53,307 nt of DNA, taken from Verrucomicrobiales bacterium (GTDB taxonomy: Bacteria; Verrucomicrobiota; Verrucomicrobiia; Verrucomicrobiales; V1-33). The notes beneath the pieces were generated by a model. That model made no database searches, was not told the origin of the DNA, and was given only the letters and a program-made list of their open reading frames with translations. Position numbers and translations under genes: made by a program. The stretch spans positions 1 through 53,307 of the forward strand of contig JANOAV010000098.1 in the NCBI GenBank assembly GCA_031411295.1. The letters run 5' to 3'. Below, piece after piece: positions 48,613 through 53,307 of the stretch (the stretch's first letter is position 1; each line of letters starts with the position of its first letter).

Positions 48613-48830
48613 ATTTAAGGCCATCCGAATTCATAACCCCCACAGCCTGAACCGCTTGCACCGCCTTTGCCGGTATTGCGGCAGCTTCCCCCATGAAAAC
48701 CCCAGACGCTAATACGCCCGTTGCCCCGAGTGAGGAGCCAAGTGTCGTAACGAGGATGAATAAACGCGTCATGAATTTGCAAAATAGCAATCCGGCCTCC
48801 TTTGGCAAGAAAATTTTTGCCGTGGCGACA

Positions 48831-48856
48831 TCAAAGTGAAATAGGGATCACTTTGA
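48831..48856. promoter_or_regulatory. Perfect 9-8-9 inverted repeat in the divergent intergenic region
   Basis: TCAAAGTGA-aataggga-TCACTTTGA, upstream of a TTGACG-N18-TAAACT promoter-like sequence for the CotH gene. Confidence 0.5.
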
Positions 48857-48977
48857 ACTCATTTCATTGCATCCCTAACTTTTGATTGACGTGGATCTCG
48901 GATCTCGGCTAAACTCGCGGGGCTGAGGGGAAAATAATCAGTTCCCTCAATTTAATCTCTTCACCCGCGTTACCTCC

Positions 48978-51900
48978 ATGGCCCATCCCATCCGTAAATT
49001 CTTCCTCTGCTTTTTGGCCTGTTTGGCCAATTTATTGCCAGCCCAGATCCCTCAACCCCTGCCGTGGGGATTCGTTGAACCCTACGTGGATGGGACGGCT
49101 AAGTTTAAGGCTAAGGAAGGCTTGATCTACCGCATGGAGAGGTCCACGGGGATGGATCACTGGATTGCACTACCGGAACGGTATTTCGGGGTCGGCCAAA
49201 CCATCACACAGTTTTTGCACGAGGACTTCACGCCTGAGGTCCCGGGTTCAATCACGCCGCAAACACACCTGACGCCTCAGGATGTCCTACCGCCTACGCT
49301 GGCCGCCCAGGCGGTTTTGGGTGCTGGTGTCCCCGGAATCGAAGCTCTGCTACAGGTGCAATCTGTGGACCGCAGCGCAAGCTCCTTCCGGCAAATTGAT
49401 ATGCCAATGACGGTGCAGCTCCGAAATCGCAGCACAACGACCTTGAACAAGGTTCAGGTCAATGTGCCGCTTTCGTTGGCATTCTCAACGTTGCGGATAC
49501 AGCCAAACCCTGCGGCCACGGTTGCAGTGTCACAACAGCCAGTCCTTGCTCCCGGGTCCACAACCCCACTTAGCCCGAACACGACACTTAGCTTGACGGA
49601 TACCCGTTTGCTCGATGGCACAGATTCGCTAGCTCCCGGTGCCAGTGCAGCAATTAATTTTACGGTGCGCTTCAATTTTACTGCCGGATGGACGTTCCCG
49701 AAAAATCCCCGCTACTTATACGCCGTAGCCTCGGCGGGTGCCTCCGCCAGCGCCAACGTTGGTGTTAGCTGGGATGGGGCGGGCACCTACACACCGGCAC
49801 CGGGAGTTTTAGCATACGAGGCCTCAGCAGACCGCTATGTTTGGAGGGCCCTGGGCCAGAGTAACCCTATCCGGGCTACGCCGATTTATTTTTTTAATAA
49901 ATGTGAACCATTCACGCGCTGGTATTCAGTGCTTAGCTTCAATAATGGTGGTGCGTTGATTTCTTGGTGGTCCCCAGTGGAGGAAAGCTTTGTTTCTCAT
50001 TATCTGGCGTCTGGTTTTGATCTCCGCCGCACTCCGAGCGTGCCTGATCCATACTATTTTGGTTACACCGAAATTTATCGGAACTTCCCCGCTCCTGGAC
50101 CGGGGGTCCAGTCTCCCGCAGATTTACCAATCTTTGGCGGCCCAACGAATATCGAGATGTCTATTGGGACTCACGCCTCTCGAATTGGTGCACCCAATGC
50201 GGCCCAAATGGCCGCTTCTGTTCCTTCGACCCACAGCGAATACATTGCGAGGGTCCTTTTCGAAAAACAGGCTGCCATCATTAAGCAAAACATCATCTCT
50301 AACTTTATTCCACCATCCCAGGCCTCGATCCAGGCTGGAAGTTCCGCCTTAGGAGACCGAGACCTGACTCTGAAAACGAAGGAATTTTTCCGAGTCCGAG
50401 GAACCGCCCTCGACTCGAATTTTAATGGCTCGTATGATGCGAACGAATTGACGACTGCAACGGCTGACGGTTGGCTGTGGAATCTGGATGACGATGGGGA
50501 TGGCATTCCAAATGGCTACGATACGTTCTCTGGGGCGGGGAATAGCGTTGGACTCTCAGTCATCGTTAATGAGGTCTGCTCCAGCAATTCGGGAAGTTAT
50601 CGCTCCCCGGATGGGGCCTCCCCAGATTGGGTGGAACTGTATAATATTTCCGGGGCACCGGTCGATTTGACGGGTTGGCAATTACGGGACCTTGGATCTG
50701 CGGCATCTTGGTATACTTTTTTGGCAGGGTCTCCGATCAGTCACATCATTCCCTCCGGGGGCTTTATGGTGGTTTTCTGCCCAGGTAATAACGCAGTGGA
50801 TACGGCCTCTGCTCATTACACAAAATTCAAAATCAGTCCTGACGGTAATGGAGAGGCGATCAGTCTGCACAAGCCAGGTGCGGTGGCTGGCACGTTCGAT
50901 CTTATCGACACCACTCCCAGTCCTGGTCCACAATACACGGACATTACCTTTGGCAGGCATTTAAATCCGCTCCATCTGGGAGCCAGCGCATTGGAATGGG
51001 GGTATTTGGTAGCCCCTACCCCGATGGCCAAAAACAGCCCCGGAATGGCAGGAGGAGTCACCTCCCCACCAACGATCTCCATGACCGATGCAAACACGGG
51101 GGCGTCCGTGCCTCCAGGAGTCTATTCACGGAATGAGCACCAGGCCCTGCAGCTGAACATTTCGGGCGGGAATGGTGGGGTGCTGCATTATACGACCAAC
51201 AGCGCAGAGCCCACGGGTTGGTCTGCGGTGTTTGATCCAAATCATCCTCCGGTATTCGATCGCTCCGTGATCGTTCGGGCAGCATCGATTCAGGACGGCA
51301 TGCTACCTTCACAATCTGTTACTCAGAGTTTTCTCTTTAAGGAGAGCGTGCTGGGCACTGTCACCGGAGACCCCGGTATTGCACTGCCACCACAGGCCAG
51401 GCCCGAGCATTACCCGGAATATAGTCTCCCTCAAGTCAATGACGGTTACCCCAACGGGATGACTATCCCCTATGGCGTCAGTTCCGTCATCCTCAGCCAA
51501 GATCGTCCAGCATTAATGGCCCAACTTAGCTCCCTGCCCACTCTTTCCATCGTGGTGCCAGCGTTAGACTTCTTTGACCGGGATACTGGGGGGAGCTACG
51601 CCTGCTCGATGCATACTGGCACTCCTTCATATGATCCGAAAGGAACGGGGTGGGAACGCGCCGGTAGTATGGAGTGGCTTCACCCGGGCAATGCGCTGCC
51701 TGCGCTGGCTACTTCCGGGAATATCAATTGTGGTGTCTCTATTTCTGGAAACACGAATATCAGTTGGTGGCGAACTGAGAAGCACTCGCTAGCCTTGGCG
51801 TTTAAAAAGGAATTTGGAGCATCGAAGTATCAGCCCAAGTTCAGACCTTTTCCCCCTGAAGCAGACATCAATGCTAAATACGATAACCTGATTCTACGGA

Positions 51901-53273
51901 ACCCCACGTTCGATACCTGGAGTATGACGGATGGGCTGCCCTGGCAGTCAAATCCAGTGAATGCCACCTACGCCAAGGACGCCTATGCCCGTAAGACCCT
52001 GGCCCTGCTGGGTGCTCCCCAGCTTTATTACCAGTGGGTGCACGTGTATCTTAACGGGCTCTACTGGGGTGCCTATCTACTCAGTGAACGGGCAGATCCC
52101 GACACCTGCGAAAGACGATTTGGGGCAGGTAATTACTACGTGTGGAAAGACGCCAAGGGAATCGACTCCGTGGGTGATCCCATAGCCGGCCTGCCAGCCG
52201 GCCTGCCAACCCCCCAGGCCGCGACATGGTTGACCATGGCGAATGCTGGCCGTGCCGTGGCCGCCAAGGCGACGGCCGTCCCGCCGCTGGACGCATCGGC
52301 AGAATATGAGGCCGTGGACAAGTTGGTCAACTTGGGCTCCTTTATCGACTACACGATCTTCCACGCCTTCCTGGGAAATTTCGACTCCATGACGAATAAC
52401 GGACGAGTGTATCGTAAAATGCAGGAAGTGGGGGCTCCAGCAGAAACGGCAGGGAAATTCACTTGGTTTGCCTATGACGTGGAGGTGGGGGCTGACATTA
52501 ATGCGCTGAGCGGCCCTCCAGGTCCTATGAATTGCTTTGAAACTTGGTGGGGAACAGGGGCCGCGCCACCCCGCCCAATTGCACCGTATGCCAATTCAGA
52601 AGCCGCCCTCCTGTGGGATTTGGCAAAATACCCCAAATTTGCCCAGCGCTTTGGGGATCGCGCATGGCAGCTTTGTTTGATGCCCACGGCCTGGCAAAAC
52701 CGTCCTGACGATGGTGCACTGACGGGAGACAACCCCACAGGCAAAGCGCAAACGCGCTTTCTGGAAGGAGCTGCGGAGTTCGAAGCCATCCGCCTGAGCG
52801 AGTCCTTGCGCTGGGGCGTCGGTTGGGGAGGCACCGCGGCGGCAGCGCCCCGACAGACAACTGGCACGGCCTTTGCCGTGGGCACGAACGTGACCCTTAA
52901 CACGGGAGGGTTTTTCGCGGGGCGGAGACCCGCCTTCAAGTCACAATTGGAAGCGCAGGGCCTGCTCTCTTCCATACCCATGCCCAGCCTGAGCCCTGGA
53001 TCCGCTCCCAATACGTGGATTCTGAGTCCCCCTGCACTGGCCAATTCTGAAACCTATTACAATGACCCAACGCTGAACAACGGTGCTCCAGTAGAGCCAG
53101 ATTCGGCAGCCCTGACTACCGCAGGAACGTTTTTAGCCGTTGGCACCACGAAAATCCTGACTGCCCCCTTCCACCTCACCGCGAGGACGCGAGCGCCCGT
53201 GCCCGGCGGCACCACGGATGACACCAAACTTTGGTCCAATCTGCTCGATATTCAACTCCCCCTCCACCCATGA
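48978..53273 (+). CDS. Large secreted CotH-kinase-family protein with lamin-tail and FN3-associated/CHB_HEX-like domains
   Basis: Signal peptide; VNEVCSSN...PDWVELYN...DLTGW (LTD); LHYTTNSAEPT; WERAGSME, VHVYLNGLYWGAYLLSER, GNFD...NN, AYDVE (CotH). Confidence 0.82.
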   Translation: MAHPIRKFFLCFLACLANLLPAQIPQPLPWGFVEPYVDGTAKFKAKEGLIYRMERSTGMDHWIALPERYFGVGQTITQFLHEDFTPEVPGSITPQTHLTPQDVLPPTLAAQAVLGAGVPGIEALLQVQSVDRSASSFRQIDMPMTVQLRNRSTTTLNKVQVNVPLSLAFSTLRIQPNPAATVAVSQQPVLAPGSTTPLSPNTTLSLTDTRLLDGTDSLAPGASAAINFTVRFNFTAGWTFPKNPRYLYAVASAGASASANVGVSWDGAGTYTPAPGVLAYEASADRYVWRALGQSNPIRATPIYFFNKCEPFTRWYSVLSFNNGGALISWWSPVEESFVSHYLASGFDLRRTPSVPDPYYFGYTEIYRNFPAPGPGVQSPADLPIFGGPTNIEMSIGTHASRIGAPNAAQMAASVPSTHSEYIARVLFEKQAAIIKQNIISNFIPPSQASIQAGSSALGDRDLTLKTKEFFRVRGTALDSNFNGSYDANELTTATADGWLWNLDDDGDGIPNGYDTFSGAGNSVGLSVIVNEVCSSNSGSYRSPDGASPDWVELYNISGAPVDLTGWQLRDLGSAASWYTFLAGSPISHIIPSGGFMVVFCPGNNAVDTASAHYTKFKISPDGNGEAISLHKPGAVAGTFDLIDTTPSPGPQYTDITFGRHLNPLHLGASALEWGYLVAPTPMAKNSPGMAGGVTSPPTISMTDANTGASVPPGVYSRNEHQALQLNISGGNGGVLHYTTNSAEPTGWSAVFDPNHPPVFDRSVIVRAASIQDGMLPSQSVTQSFLFKESVLGTVTGDPGIALPPQARPEHYPEYSLPQVNDGYPNGMTIPYGVSSVILSQDRPALMAQLSSLPTLSIVVPALDFFDRDTGGSYACSMHTGTPSYDPKGTGWERAGSMEWLHPGNALPALATSGNINCGVSISGNTNISWWRTEKHSLALAFKKEFGASKYQPKFRPFPPEADINAKYDNLILRNPTFDTWSMTDGLPWQSNPVNATYAKDAYARKTLALLGAPQLYYQWVHVYLNGLYWGAYLLSERADPDTCERRFGAGNYYVWKDAKGIDSVGDPIAGLPAGLPTPQAATWLTMANAGRAVAAKATAVPPLDASAEYEAVDKLVNLGSFIDYTIFHAFLGNFDSMTNNGRVYRKMQEVGAPAETAGKFTWFAYDVEVGADINALSGPPGPMNCFETWWGTGAAPPRPIAPYANSEAALLWDLAKYPKFAQRFGDRAWQLCLMPTAWQNRPDDGALTGDNPTGKAQTRFLEGAAEFEAIRLSESLRWGVGWGGTAAAAPRQTTGTAFAVGTNVTLNTGGFFAGRRPAFKSQLEAQGLLSSIPMPSLSPGSAPNTWILSPPALANSETYYNDPTLNNGAPVEPDSAALTTAGTFLAVGTTKILTAPFHLTARTRAPVPGGTTDDTKLWSNLLDIQLPLHP

Positions 53274-53307
53274 AAACCTACCTACCAAATCTCATCGGCA
53301 TTTTTGC
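53270..53307 (+). CDS. Start of the next gene (truncated by window end)
   Basis: ATGA overlap with the upstream stop; MKTYLPNLIGIF looks like a signal peptide. Confidence 0.45.
   Translation, partial: MKTYLPNLIGIF

Noticed and set aside
48074..48808. 244-aa heptad ORF as a confident CDS
   Set aside because: Overlaps the Fn3 gene out of frame and shows inverted codon-position conservation; kept only as a finding.
1..53307. tRNA, rRNA, transposase, integrase or prophage genes
   Set aside because: None recognisable in the ORF track or the intergenic sequence.

Overview
GC-rich bacterial window, most likely from a Verrucomicrobiota (Prosthecobacter/Luteolibacter-like) genome. This is inferred from a PEP-CTERM passenger-repeat protein, a planctomycete-type cytochrome/DUF1592-DUF1552 pair, SHD1- and CotH/lamin-tail proteins, and C-rich, SD-poor gene starts. 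Positions 1-42.7 kb are an almost entirely + strand run of secreted or periplasmic enzymes: five SASA-type acetylesterases, two SGNH proteins, an alpha/beta esterase, two sulfatases, an M60-like metallopeptidase, DPP-IV, an M24 peptidase, a Sel1-C39 protein and a CotH protein. No glycoside hydrolase is recognisable. The run is interrupted by a GTAG-type REP cluster, a double GxxExxY nuclease-fold gene and a vapBC toxin-antitoxin pair. A minus-strand pfkA-oppB-oppC-oxidoreductase block follows, then an Fn3-domain gene with an unusual upstream array, then a second large CotH protein. Two signals stand out. (1) A 13 x 21-bp quasi-palindromic array (TAA-N4-TTA plus CTGCCGCAG dyads) sits directly upstream of the helical+Fn3 gene. 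(2) The GxxExxY gene lies between two ~100-bp direct repeats that carry a palindrome arm and a duplicated start of the downstream gene, which looks like an insertion scar. All family calls come from motif recognition by eye; no searches were run.
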